Origin: Candidatus Eiseniibacteriota bacterium
GTDB taxonomy: Bacteria > Eisenbacteria > RBG-16-71-46 > CAZAMP01
DNA: 64,000 nt
Reading direction: 5' to 3'
NCBI GenBank assembly: GCA_965224245.1
Contig: OZ245046.1
Coordinates: forward strand, 672,001-736,000
Shown piece after piece: positions 48,614 through 58,317 of this stretch. How positions within the stretch are numbered: position 1 is the first letter of the stretch; each line of letters opens with the position of its first letter. Under the pieces are notes generated by a model. The model searched no databases and was not told where the DNA came from. It saw nothing but the letters and a program-made list of their open reading frames with translations. The position numbers and the translations under genes are program-made.

Positions 48614-50098
48614 TCAGCGTGGGCGGATGAACGACGAGTAGAACTCCGGAAGCGTGAACGGACTCACGCGAAGCGCGACCGACTCGGGAGCGGCCATGCC
48701 GACCCAGGCGTCCGCCTGATCACGGAGCTCGGCCAGTCGTCCGCGTAGCTCGCGCCGGAGGGCACGTGCGGCACGTGTGCGATCCGTGGGCGAGTCCGCG
48801 TCGGCGAGCGAGGTTCGCCAGCTCTCCACGCGTGCCCGATGGCCGTCACGCTCCGCCGTGGCCACGACTCCGAGCGCCGTCAGGTGATCGATGACCGAGA
48901 TCGCGCTGGATGCGTGGGCCTCGGCCGCCTCCACCGCGAAGCGCGCGACGTCGGCGGCTCGCGCCCGCATCGCGTCGCCGATCCGGTTCACCGACCGCGA
49001 CGACGTGTCCACGAGCACGAATGCGACCACGTCCAGGAGGTCGCCGTCCAGCGTCACACGAAGGTCGTGACCGGTCGCGACGGCGTCGAGCGGGCGAACG
49101 CCGTCCCCATCCAGCCGCCATGCGGCGGCGTCCGCTCGACCGGCCACGTCGACCACCGCGTCGTCGTCGGAGGCGCCGATCGCGAGCTCGAAGCCCGGCT
49201 TGCTGCGTCGCACGATCACGAGCGAGAGGCCGTCCCGATCGATCCGCGCCGCGCGGATCCCGCGGGTTCGTGACGTCGCGCCGCCGCGGGTCTCGGAACC
49301 CGCGAGCAGGTGTCCGCCGAGCACCTCCAGCTCGTTGCCGATGATCGCGGCCTCCGCGAGTCGCTCTCGACCCCACCCGTAGCGATCGAACAGGCCGAAC
49401 TCGGGCCACAGGAACACGCCACGCGCGCCGTGCGAGACCGCGGTCCAGAAGATCAGCCGAAACTGGGAGCCGTCGACGATCGTGCTCTGCTGGCGGGCGT
49501 CGAGGCCGAACCGACGATGCTGAGAGTAGATTCCGCTGCACTGGACCGTCGTCCACAGCCGCTCCCGTCCGACCCCGTAGCGGAGCTCGTCGAGGAAGCC
49601 GTCCGCGTACTCGTCGATCGTCTGCTGTGGGAACGGATAGGCATACGGCGAGTAGACGTCGAGGAGCTCCGCGAACGGACGATCGCTCTCGACCGTCCGC
49701 CCGTTCTCGAACGCGAAGGTCGGATGCTCGGTGTCGACCCGGCGGATCATCTCGAGACGCTTCCGACACGTGGCGAGATCGGCCTCCCCGGCGGCGTCGT
49801 CCACCAGGAACCAGGCGGCGAGCGCGGGCTCGCGGGCGAACCACGCCGCCTCGGTGGGGTTTCGCGGGCGGGCGACCACACGGAGACCGTGATGCGCGGC
49901 CTCCCGGGCCAGGACGGTGTCGGCGCCCACGTAGCACGCGGTGAAGCGGTGCTCGGCCAGATCGGCGGGCGACGCGCCATGGAGCCACAGGAGGCCGTAC
50001 AGGAAGAACGTCGGGTCGGGGGATACCCGCGTGGCGGCGGTGGCGGTCGCCGCGAGCATCGCCATCAGCGCCGAGGCCGCGATGGCTCGCGTGTTCAT
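48614..50098 (-). CDS. Exported hypothetical protein, possible glycoside-hydrolase-like TIM barrel
   Basis: Signal peptide. LAAWFLVDD, D.EHPT, YAYP, W..VQ and HGARG..W resemble GH-like barrels; the usual DEP is DDA here. Confidence 0.55.
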   Translation of the reverse strand: MNTRAIAASALMAMLAATATAATRVSPDPTFFLYGLLWLHGASPADLAEHRFTACYVGADTVLAREAAHHGLRVVARPRNPTEAAWFAREPALAAWFLVDDAAGEADLATCRKRLEMIRRVDTEHPTFAFENGRTVESDRPFAELLDVYSPYAYPFPQQTIDEYADGFLDELRYGVGRERLWTTVQCSGIYSQHRRFGLDARQQSTIVDGSQFRLIFWTAVSHGARGVFLWPEFGLFDRYGWGRERLAEAAIIGNELEVLGGHLLAGSETRGGATSRTRGIRAARIDRDGLSLVIVRRSKPGFELAIGASDDDAVVDVAGRADAAAWRLDGDGVRPLDAVATGHDLRVTLDGDLLDVVAFVLVDTSSRSVNRIGDAMRARAADVARFAVEAAEAHASSAISVIDHLTALGVVATAERDGHRARVESWRTSLADADSPTDRTRAARALRRELRGRLAELRDQADAWVGMAAPESVALRVSPFTLPEFYSSFIRPR

Positions 50099-51498
50099 CG
50101 CAGCTCCAGTCGCACCATGTACTCGCCACGCTCGGCTGACTTCCCCGGCCGACGGATCGTCATGTCGCGACGTCCGCTCACGATCACGCCGCTCCGGCCG
50201 TGATCAGTGTCGCCATCGAGCCCCACGTAGATGTAGTCCGTGTCGAGGGTCCGAAAGCGGACCTCGTTGTCGCCGCGCCGGATCGTCCCCAGGTCGACCG
50301 GAAGCGCGTGCCAGCCGGCGCGTCCGAGCTCGGTCACCGATCCGCGGGCGATCGTGCGGCCGTTGACGTCGATCTCCATCCGGCCCCACCGAGCGGCGTC
50401 GGGCACGGCGGGATCGAACCAGCTGCGCGTCGTCTTGTCCCACGGGTCTCGTTCCATCCGGTAGTGGAGCCGCGCTTGCTCGTACCGGGTGGGGTCGGCG
50501 TCGACGACCAGCACCTTCACCAGCTCGTCCGTCGGACGCGACAGGAGACCGTACGCCGGTGGATCCGCCTCGCCGTCGTCGTCGACGACGAGAAGCCGCT
50601 CCGTGGACGACCCGACACGTCCGGCGAGGCGCGCGTCGGCCGGCGACGTGGCGCAGGTGACCGAGAGACGGCCCGACTCCCGCCGGATGAGCACCGCATG
50701 GGCGACGCCGGGCGGTAGCGGAAACGTCGCCGATCCGTTCGCGGGAACCACGTCGGAGAACGCGCGCACCCAGGTCTCGGCGGTGATCTCGCGGAAGACC
50801 AGTGTGGTCGCGGAGCCGTCGGCGCCGCCCGCGACGGTCAGCCGCCCCGTGTCGGCGCGCGGCGCAATGGACGCGAGCGCCCAGCTCTCGAGGTTGGCCG
50901 GATGGGGAAGTGGGCGAACCGGACCCCGGCGACCGGTGCGAGGAGAAGCCGGCGCGGGGGCGCGATCGATCGTCGCGGGCGCTCCATCGGCGAGTTCGAC
51001 CGCGACGAGGTAGAGGAGATGCCTCGGGTTCTCGGCCTTCTCGGTCTCGTAGAGGTCCAGAGGCAACGATCGCGTCCAGTCCTCGCGTTCATCACCGGAA
51101 CGCCACAAGAAGCCCGTGCGGCGATCCCCCACCGTGATCGGCGTGACGTCGCTCGTGAATCCCGACGCGCGAGGCTCGCGCGCGCGAGGACGTGATCGGG
51201 CGGCGTCGACGACGCCGTCACCTCCCAGAAGGAACACGACCGATCCCGGCGCGCTCGCGAGCCGATAGGGGATCGGATCGATCGGATGTTCGGGCGTCGG
51301 CAGCGGAGCCGCCGTGTCGACACGCACCACGATCGGCTCGCGAGCGGGCGCAACGTCCGGATCCGGTGCGCGGACGTACCGTGGCGTCTCGAGACCGGTG
51401 CCTTCGGCACAGGCCGTCACGAGCGTCGCGGCCGTCACCGCGATCCAGGCCAGCGGCGGTACCGTGTCGGGGCGAACGCGGTGCGGGATGTCGATCAC
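50095..51498 (-). CDS. Hypothetical lipoprotein
   Basis: Lipobox-like LVTAC after a hydrophobic stretch. ATGA overlap with the next gene. Start uncertain. Confidence 0.5.
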   Translation of the reverse strand: MIDIPHRVRPDTVPPLAWIAVTAATLVTACAEGTGLETPRYVRAPDPDVAPAREPIVVRVDTAAPLPTPEHPIDPIPYRLASAPGSVVFLLGGDGVVDAARSRPRAREPRASGFTSDVTPITVGDRRTGFLWRSGDEREDWTRSLPLDLYETEKAENPRHLLYLVAVELADGAPATIDRAPAPASPRTGRRGPVRPLPHPANLESWALASIAPRADTGRLTVAGGADGSATTLVFREITAETWVRAFSDVVPANGSATFPLPPGVAHAVLIRRESGRLSVTCATSPADARLAGRVGSSTERLLVVDDDGEADPPAYGLLSRPTDELVKVLVVDADPTRYEQARLHYRMERDPWDKTTRSWFDPAVPDAARWGRMEIDVNGRTIARGSVTELGRAGWHALPVDLGTIRRGDNEVRFRTLDTDYIYVGLDGDTDHGRSGVIVSGRRDMTIRRPGKSAERGEYMVRLELR

Positions 51499-51780
51499 TC
51501 CTTCGTGTGCTCGCTCGGAGTGCGGTGGCGCCTCGGCGCACGCAGGGCCGGATTGTACGGGACGCCGACCGTGCCTCGAAGCACATCCCGTGCGGTGATC
51601 GAGCGAGAGGAGCGCGCGCGCCGCGGCGGCCCGCGAGGCCGGCGAGCCGGGCGCGATGCCACGTTCGTCGTCGCGCATCCGCCTCCGAGGGCATAGAATC
51701 CAGCGTCGGCGACCGATCGACATACGGGAGTCGAAGCCGCGACGCGACATGGGGTGCGCGCGGCACAGAAAGGAGCCGTC

Positions 51781-52173
51781 ATGAGAGTCGCACGATGGGT
51801 CGTCCCGCTGGCCGCGCTGATTGCCTCCTCTGCGTTCGCCACCGAGGAGACGTCCCTCATGGTCGAGCGGGCGGTGACGCTCGACGAGCTACCCGCCGCG
51901 GTCCGATCGACGATCCTCGAGGAGGCCGACGGGGCCGAGCTCACGGAGATCGAGGAGATCACGATCGACGACGTGCGGCGCTACGAGGCCGAGTGGATCG
52001 TCGGCGACACCGAGTTCGAGGTGCTCGTCTCCGCGGACGGCGAGGTTCTCGGTCGTGATTCCGAGAGCGTGGTCGACGGCGACGACGACGACGACCACGA
52101 CGACGATGACGATGGCGACGAGGACGACGGCGCCCCCGGCTCGTCGGCCGCCGACGACGAGGCCGACGACTGA
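51781..52173 (+). CDS. Periplasmic PepSY-like protein with poly-Asp tail
   Basis: AAGGAG RBS, signal peptide, LDELPAAVRSTI...YEAE.....E.EV.VSADGEVL and DGDDDDDHDDDDD. Confidence 0.8.
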   Translation: MRVARWVVPLAALIASSAFATEETSLMVERAVTLDELPAAVRSTILEEADGAELTEIEEITIDDVRRYEAEWIVGDTEFEVLVSADGEVLGRDSESVVDGDDDDDHDDDDDGDEDDGAPGSSAADDEADD

Positions 52174-52246
52174 CCGCGAGCAAGCGCTCGGGATGAGGCG
52201 TCCACCGCCCCGGCGGCCACGGCCCGATCCGTGACCGGGCTCCGCG

Positions 52247-52266
52247 CATGATGCAATTGCATCATG
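52247..52266. promoter_or_regulatory. Perfect 20-bp palindrome, likely operator
   Basis: CATGATGCAATTGCATCATG, about 90 bp upstream of the FAD monooxygenase start. Confidence 0.55.
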
Positions 52267-52357
52267 GACCCGTACGTGATTCGGGAGACATGATGAGAGG
52301 TTGAGCCGCTCCGACGCGGTTCCGTCTCACTCGCATTCGACGAATGGGGGCCCCACG

Positions 52358-53641
52358 ATGTCGCGAGTCAAACGAGTCGGTGTCTTGATCGCCGGCGCCG
52401 GTCCCGTCGGTCTGCTGGCCGCCATCGCGTTGCGACAACGCAACACGGACGTGGTCATCTTCGATCAGGGGCCGCGCCCCACGACGCGCAGCTACGCACT
52501 GGCGTTGCACCCCGCGACGGTCGCGCTCCTGGACAGCTACGGACTCGGCCCGCGCCTGATGGCCGAGGGCCGGGTGATCGAGACGATGTCGTTTCACGAC
52601 GCGGAGCGCCCGCGCGCCGAGCTGCACTTCCGCGCGGCCCGCGAGGACTTCCCGCACCTGGTCGTCATGCCGCAGGCGAGCCTCGAGCGCATGCTCCAGG
52701 ACCTGCTCGGCGAGCTCGGCACCACCGTCAAGTGGGATCACCGGGTCGCGCGCGTGATGCCGTCGTCCGATGGACCTGCCGCGGTGACGATCGCGAAGCT
52801 CGGCGACGATTCGGTCGGCTATCCGGTGGCACGCACCGAGCGCATCGTCACCAAGGAGCTGGAGTACGAGGCCGACGTCGTGCTCGGCATGGACGGCCAC
52901 CGCTCGGCGGTCCGCCAGAACCTGTTCATCGACTACCCCGAGGTGGACGCGCCGGACATCTTCGCCGTGTTCGAGACCGAGCTGGACACCCCGCTCCCGG
53001 ACATCGCGCGCGTCGGCCTCTCGGAGGCCACGACCGACGTCGTGTGGCCGCTCACCGGCAACGGCTGCCGGTTCGGCTTCCGGCTCGAGGACACCGGCGA
53101 GCCCATCGCACCCCGGCTGAAGAGCCGCCTCCTGGTCGAGCTCCACGACGACGTGTACCGCACGGTTCCCGCCGAGGCGCTCGATCCGTTCATCGCCGAG
53201 CGACTCCCGTGGTTCGACATCGGCGTGCGAGCGATCCGCTGGTCCGCGCTCGTGAAGTTCGAACGCCGACTCGCCGCGTCCTTCGGTCAGGGCAACGTAT
53301 GGCTCGCCGGGGATGCGGCCCATCTGGCCAGCCCGCTGTCGGGGGTCAGCATGAACGTCGGTCTCCAGGAAGGCGATGAGCTGGCGAGGCTCGCGGCCGG
53401 TGTCGTGAGCGGGGCCAGCAGCGTGGCCGACCTGGAAGCCTACGGTCGGCGTCGGACGAGCGTGTGGCACGATCTCCTCGGACTGGAATCGAGCGTGGCG
53501 CCGCTCACGTCGTGCGACGAGTGGGTCGCGGCGAACGCGTCCCGGATCGCGGCGTGCTTGCCCGCGTCCGGGGAGGACCGGGTCCGCCTGGCCAAGGCCC
53601 TCGGGCTGGCGATCTCGACGCCGAACGACGTCGCGGTCTGA
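52358..53641 (+). CDS. FAD-dependent monooxygenase (UbiH/FAD_binding_3 family)
   Basis: IAGAGPVGL, GMDG.RS.VR, LAGDAAH..SP and MN.GL motifs. Confidence 0.88.
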   Translation: MSRVKRVGVLIAGAGPVGLLAAIALRQRNTDVVIFDQGPRPTTRSYALALHPATVALLDSYGLGPRLMAEGRVIETMSFHDAERPRAELHFRAAREDFPHLVVMPQASLERMLQDLLGELGTTVKWDHRVARVMPSSDGPAAVTIAKLGDDSVGYPVARTERIVTKELEYEADVVLGMDGHRSAVRQNLFIDYPEVDAPDIFAVFETELDTPLPDIARVGLSEATTDVVWPLTGNGCRFGFRLEDTGEPIAPRLKSRLLVELHDDVYRTVPAEALDPFIAERLPWFDIGVRAIRWSALVKFERRLAASFGQGNVWLAGDAAHLASPLSGVSMNVGLQEGDELARLAAGVVSGASSVADLEAYGRRRTSVWHDLLGLESSVAPLTSCDEWVAANASRIAACLPASGEDRVRLAKALGLAISTPNDVAV

Positions 53642-53749
53642 GCGGCCGGTCCCGGCCGGCCGGCGCCAGGGGTGAACGCACGTTCGGGAACTACGTAGCT
53701 CGGCGACCGCAGTCACGTATGTCGCACGCGCCCTCACCTCGTCGATAGT

Positions 53750-53763
53750 TCCGGATATCCGGA
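53750..53763. promoter_or_regulatory. Perfect 14-bp palindrome, candidate ArsR autoregulatory operator
   Basis: TCCGGATATCCGGA immediately upstream of the AGGAGG RBS of the ArsR gene. Confidence 0.5.
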
Positions 53764-53781
53764 TACGTCGAGGAGGTGGAG

Positions 53782-54114
53782 ATGACGTCGGATACGACCC
53801 CACACGTCGATCTCGATCGGTTCGTCCACGACCGGACGCTCGTCGAGCACCGCGCCGGGATCCTGCGGGCGCTCGGCAACCCCGTCCGGCTGCGGCTCAT
53901 CGCGGTGCTGTGCGATCGAGACTGCACGGTCGGTGAGCTGATTGCGCGCGTCGAGCTTCCCCAGTCGTCCGTCTCGCGCCAGCTGGCCTGGCTTCGCCTG
54001 CACGGACTGGTGACCGACCACATCCACGGCCGGCAACGCACGTATCGCCTGGCCATCCCCGAGGTCGTCAATCTCGTCCGCTGCCTGGCCCGCTGCGGCC
54101 ACGCGCCCACGTAG
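53782..54114 (+). CDS. ArsR/SmtB-family transcriptional repressor
   Basis: LRALGNPVRLRLI..L, V.EL......QSSVSRQLA.LR..GLV....GR..Y. Confidence 0.92.
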   Translation: MTSDTTPHVDLDRFVHDRTLVEHRAGILRALGNPVRLRLIAVLCDRDCTVGELIARVELPQSSVSRQLAWLRLHGLVTDHIHGRQRTYRLAIPEVVNLVRCLARCGHAPT

Positions 54115-54130
54115 TCGAAGGAGCGACGTC

Positions 54131-56344
54131 ATGTCTCGCGTCTCGCGGCGATCGTTCATCAAGGTCGGGGGGGCCGCATCCGCCGGTGTCGCGATGTCCG
54201 GGCTCACCAGCAACTGGTGGGGGCTCGATCCCGATCGCGTCCACGATCCGTCAACCGACGGAGATCGGGTGGTGCCGACGTTCTGTGAGCTGTGCTTCTG
54301 GAAGTGCGGCGTTCTCGCTCACGTCACGAACGGTCGGGTCACGAAGATCGTGGGCAACCCCGCGCACCCGCTCTCACGCGGGCGGCTCTGTCCCCGCGGG
54401 ACCGGCGGCGTGGGGCTTCTGTACGACCCCGATCGCCTCCGGCAGCCGCTGCTCCGGGTCTCGAAACGCGGCTCCGACGAGTTCGAGCCGGTCAGCTGGG
54501 ACACCGCGCTCGATCACGTGGCCACGAACCTGGCCAGGATCCGGGACGAGCACGGTCCCGAGGCGGTCGCACTCTACAGCCACGGCTACGGCGGCTCGTG
54601 GTTCAAGCACCTCATGCATGCGTACGGGTCGCCGAACGTCGCCGCGCCGTCCTACGCGCAGTGCCGTGGACCGCGCGAGGTCGGCTTTCAGCTCACGTTC
54701 GGCTCCGGGGTCGGATCGCCGGAGAACACGGACATGCCCAACGCCCGCGTCATCACGCTGATCGGCTCGCATCTCGGTGAGAACATGCACAACACGCAGG
54801 TGCAGGATCTCGCCGAAGCCCTCGACCGGGGCGCGGAGCTGATCGTCGTCGATCCGCGGTTCTCGACCGCGGCCGGGAAGGCGCGCCACTGGCTGCCGAT
54901 CAAGCCCGGAACCGACATCGCGCTCCTTCTGGCGTGGATGCACGTGATCATCGAGGAGAAGCTCTACGCGCGCGACTACGTCGAGCGCTACGCGACGGGG
55001 TTCGATGCGCTGCGTGCCCACGTGCGCGACAAGACGCCGGAGTGGGCGTTCACCCGGACGACCATTCCGCCCGAGACGATCGTGGCCACCGCGCGCCTGA
55101 TGGCCGGGGCGAGCCCGGCGTCGCTCGTCCACCCCGGGCGTCACGTCACGTGGTACGGCGACGACACCCAGCGCAGCCGGGCCATCGCGATCCTGAACGC
55201 GCTGCTCGGCGCGTGGGGACATCGTGGCGGCTTCGTCCTGCCGACGGCGATGTCGATCCCGCCGTATCCGTACGCGCATCCAGGTGTGAGGATGCCCGCG
55301 AGCGCGGACATGCCGAGGGATACGGTCTACCCGATGGCCGGCGCCACGCTGGCGTCCGGTCTCTGTGACGCATCGATCCCCGGAACGGCCGACTACGACA
55401 TCCGGTCCTGGATCGTCTACGGCACCAACCTGATCCAGTCACTTCCCGATCCCCGGAAAACGCGCCGGGCGCTGGCCGAGCTCGACTTCGTGGTCGCGAT
55501 CGACGTGCTGCCGATGGAGATCGTCGGCTGGGCCGACGTGGTGCTGCCCGAGGCCACGTATCTCGAGCGCTGTGACGAAGTGCACGCGCCGCCGTTCCGG
55601 ACGCCGTTCCTCGCGGTGCGTCAGCCCGTGGTCGAGCCGATGTACGACACGAGGCCCGGCTGGCGGATCGCGCGGGAGATCGGCACACGGCTCGGTCTCG
55701 ACGAGTACTTCCCGTGGACCGACAGCGTCGAGTATGCCAAGCGTCGAGTGTCGGATGCGGGTCTCGACTGCGAGACGCTGATGACGACGGGCGTGATCGA
55801 GGGGCCTCCATCGCCGATCACGATCGAGGACGGCCTCGAGCCCTCGTTCGCCACGCCATCGGGCAAGATCGAGCTCTACTCACGACAGCTCGCCGACTCG
55901 GGCTTCGATCCGATGCCGGTCTATCGGGCCCCGGAGGAGCCGCCGCCGGGGTCGTTCCGGCTGCTCTTCGGACGGGCGCCGATGCACACGTTCGGCCGCA
56001 CCACCAACAACCGCTTCCTGTCGGAGGTTCACGACGAAAACGAGGTGTGGGTAAACGCCCGGATCGCCCGCGAGCGCGGGATCGCCGACCGTGAGCGGGT
56101 CACCCTCGTCAACCAGGACGGAGTGCGCTCCGCCCCGATCCGCGTACGTGCCACCGAGCGGATCCGACCGGACTGCGTCTACATGGTTCATGGGTATGGT
56201 CACACCGCGAAGGGTCTCCGCTTCGCGCGCGGCCGGGGGGCGAGCGACGCCGAGCTCGTCACCCGCGTCGCCGTGGATCCGATCATGGGTGGCACCGGGA
56301 TGAACGTGAACGTCGTCACGATCGAAAAGGGGGCGCCGGCATGA
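54131..56344 (+). CDS. psrA: Polysulfide/thiosulfate reductase molybdopterin subunit (PsrA/PhsA-like), Tat-exported
   Basis: SRRSFIK Tat motif, CELCFWKC...CPRG FS0 cluster, SYAQCRG (Cys Mo ligand), HLGEN, HPGR, ADVVLP..TYLER and PSGKIELYS. Confidence 0.85.
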   Translation: MSRVSRRSFIKVGGAASAGVAMSGLTSNWWGLDPDRVHDPSTDGDRVVPTFCELCFWKCGVLAHVTNGRVTKIVGNPAHPLSRGRLCPRGTGGVGLLYDPDRLRQPLLRVSKRGSDEFEPVSWDTALDHVATNLARIRDEHGPEAVALYSHGYGGSWFKHLMHAYGSPNVAAPSYAQCRGPREVGFQLTFGSGVGSPENTDMPNARVITLIGSHLGENMHNTQVQDLAEALDRGAELIVVDPRFSTAAGKARHWLPIKPGTDIALLLAWMHVIIEEKLYARDYVERYATGFDALRAHVRDKTPEWAFTRTTIPPETIVATARLMAGASPASLVHPGRHVTWYGDDTQRSRAIAILNALLGAWGHRGGFVLPTAMSIPPYPYAHPGVRMPASADMPRDTVYPMAGATLASGLCDASIPGTADYDIRSWIVYGTNLIQSLPDPRKTRRALAELDFVVAIDVLPMEIVGWADVVLPEATYLERCDEVHAPPFRTPFLAVRQPVVEPMYDTRPGWRIAREIGTRLGLDEYFPWTDSVEYAKRRVSDAGLDCETLMTTGVIEGPPSPITIEDGLEPSFATPSGKIELYSRQLADSGFDPMPVYRAPEEPPPGSFRLLFGRAPMHTFGRTTNNRFLSEVHDENEVWVNARIARERGIADRERVTLVNQDGVRSAPIRVRATERIRPDCVYMVHGYGHTAKGLRFARGRGASDAELVTRVAVDPIMGGTGMNVNVVTIEKGAPA

Positions 56345-56883
56345 GCGCGAAACGCTACGCGATGGCCGTCGACACGCGCCTCTGTGTCGGCTGCAGCGCC
56401 TGCGTGCTGGCCTGCAAGGCGGAGAACGACGTCCCCGATGGTTACTGCCGGGACTGGATCGTCGAGGAGGTGCGCGGAACGTATCCGGACCTCCGCGCCG
56501 AGATCCGGTCCGAGCGCTGCAATCACTGCAGCCGTCCGCCCTGTGTGTCGTCGTGCCCCACGGGGGCGAGCCACCTGAGCGACGGCGGGGTGGTGCTGGT
56601 CACGCACGACAGGTGCACCGGATGCAAGGCATGCATCGCGTCGTGTCCGTACGATGCGCGGTTCGTGCATCCTGACGGATACGTCGACAAGTGCACGTTC
56701 TGTCTGCACCGCGTGCGCCACGGCGAGGAGCCGGCCTGCGTTGCGGTGTGTCCCACGCGATGTCTGACGTTCGGCGATCTGAACGATCCGGACTCGCGCC
56801 TCTCCATGCTCCTTCGGACGCGAGAGCACACGGTCAATCATCCCGAGACCGGGTGCGACCCCAACGTCTACTTCCTGGTGTGA
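56341..56883 (+). CDS. psrB: 4Fe-4S electron-transfer subunit (PsrB/NrfC-like)
   Basis: CVGCSACVLAC, CNHCSRPPCVSSCP, CTGCKACIASCP and CTFC...CVAVCP. Confidence 0.88.
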   Translation: MSAKRYAMAVDTRLCVGCSACVLACKAENDVPDGYCRDWIVEEVRGTYPDLRAEIRSERCNHCSRPPCVSSCPTGASHLSDGGVVLVTHDRCTGCKACIASCPYDARFVHPDGYVDKCTFCLHRVRHGEEPACVAVCPTRCLTFGDLNDPDSRLSMLLRTREHTVNHPETGCDPNVYFLV

Positions 56884-56896
56884 GGAGGAGAGAGTC

Positions 56897-57811
56897 ATGT
56901 CGCTCGCATCGGTCCCCGTCGAGATCCTGCACGGGAGACACAATCCTCACATCGATCCGGTGCTCCACGTCTGGGGCTGGGAGATTCCCGTCTACCTGTT
57001 CCTCGGTGGACTGGCTGCCGGGCTCATCGTGCTGTCGGCGATCCTCGCCCGACGGCCGGACGCCGGGGAGCTGCCGGCGCGTATCCGGCGCATGCCGCTG
57101 GTCGCGCTCGGGCTCCTGAGCGTTGGAATGGGGGCGCTGCTCCTCGATCTCGAGTATCCGTCCCACGTACTCCGCTTCTTCGCGAGCTTCCAGCCGGCGT
57201 CTCCGATGTCGTGGGGGTCGTGGATCCTCGTGCTCGTGTACCCGTCCGCCCTGGCGCTGGCCTGGCGACTCGAGCGCCGGAAGCCCGTCGGGTCCGGCGT
57301 TGCGATGCTGGCCGTTGCCGCGGGGGTCGCGCTCGGCATCTACACCGGCGTCCTTCTCGGCGCGCTCGGTGCGCGGCCGCTCTGGAACTCGGCGGTGCTG
57401 GGCCCGCTGTTCCTGGTCTCGGGGCTGTCGACCGGCGCCGCGCTGATGCTCCTCGCCCGTCCCGGTCCTCGCGCGGCGGCACGCCTGACCCGCTGGGACA
57501 CCGGCCTCATCGTGCTGGAGCTCGTCCTGATCGGGGTGTTCGTCATCGGCCTGGCGTCGGGTGGACGCGCGGCCGCGCACTCCCTCGCGCTGATTCTCGG
57601 CGGACCCTACACGCCGATCTTCTGGGCGCTCGTGGTGATCGCGGGACTCCTGGTTCCGCTCCTCGTGAACGGGCTCGAGATCAGCCACCGGGTCCCGGTC
57701 AACGCGGTGGCGCCGATCCTCGTGCTCGTCGGCGGCCTGGCGCTCCGGTGGGTGCTCGTCGTCGCCGGGCAGCACTCGACGGTGGGTCTGTCGGCTCTCG
57801 TGGGGAGGTGA
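56897..57811 (+). CDS. psrC: NrfD/PsrC-family membrane anchor
   Basis: WGWEIPVYLFLGGLAAG, SPMSWGSWIL, YTGVLL...RPLWN and LVGGLALR. Confidence 0.88.
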   Translation: MSLASVPVEILHGRHNPHIDPVLHVWGWEIPVYLFLGGLAAGLIVLSAILARRPDAGELPARIRRMPLVALGLLSVGMGALLLDLEYPSHVLRFFASFQPASPMSWGSWILVLVYPSALALAWRLERRKPVGSGVAMLAVAAGVALGIYTGVLLGALGARPLWNSAVLGPLFLVSGLSTGAALMLLARPGPRAAARLTRWDTGLIVLELVLIGVFVIGLASGGRAAAHSLALILGGPYTPIFWALVVIAGLLVPLLVNGLEISHRVPVNAVAPILVLVGGLALRWVLVVAGQHSTVGLSALVGR

Positions 57812-57831
57812 CACCGTGGACGTGAAACTAT

Positions 57832-58317
57832 GTGGCCGGCGTCGTGCTGGGGCTCGTGCTGCTGACCTCGTTCCTCGTGCTGGGGATGGGGCTCGGCTCA
57901 TCGGGCGCCGTGACCCGACTCGGCGTCGGCATCTCTCATCTGATCGCTCCGGACGCCGTCGAGAGCAACGCGTACCTGTCGCGGTACGTCGGTCCGGGAA
58001 AGTCGCACGTGCTCGATGACTGGCTCGTGTTCCTGGTGCTCGGCGTGTTCCTGGGCGGTGCCGTGGGTGCGCTGAGCGGGGGCCGGCTCCGCCGGGAGGT
58101 CGTGCGCGGACCGCGAATGTCGGCGCTCGGCCGCATCCTGCTGGCCGTCGCGGGCGGCGTGCTGATGGGCGTGGCCGCTCGCTTCGCCCGCGGCTGCACC
58201 TCGGGACAGGCGCTCTCGGGGGGAGCCCTGCTGTCCGTGGGGTCGTGGGTGTTCATGCTCGCGGTGTTCGCCGGCGGCTATCTCCTGGCGCCGGTGGTGC
58301 GGAGGCAATGGCGATGA
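57832..58317 (+). CDS. YeeE/YedE (TsuA-like) sulfur-compound transporter, first half; 5' end apparently disrupted
   Basis: YVAGVVLGL, GLGSSG and GG.LMG.AARFARGCTSGQALSG. The RBS-linked start at 57816 is out of frame and the in-frame GTG at 57808 hits TGA at 57823. Confidence 0.75.
   Translation: MAGVVLGLVLLTSFLVLGMGLGSSGAVTRLGVGISHLIAPDAVESNAYLSRYVGPGKSHVLDDWLVFLVLGVFLGGAVGALSGGRLRREVVRGPRMSALGRILLAVAGGVLMGVAARFARGCTSGQALSGGALLSVGSWVFMLAVFAGGYLLAPVVRRQWR

Noticed and set aside
57823-57825. In-frame TGA in the YeeE N-terminus as selenocysteine or recoded Trp
   Set aside because: The position is not a known Cys site, TGA is used as a normal stop throughout the window, and a small deletion explains it better.
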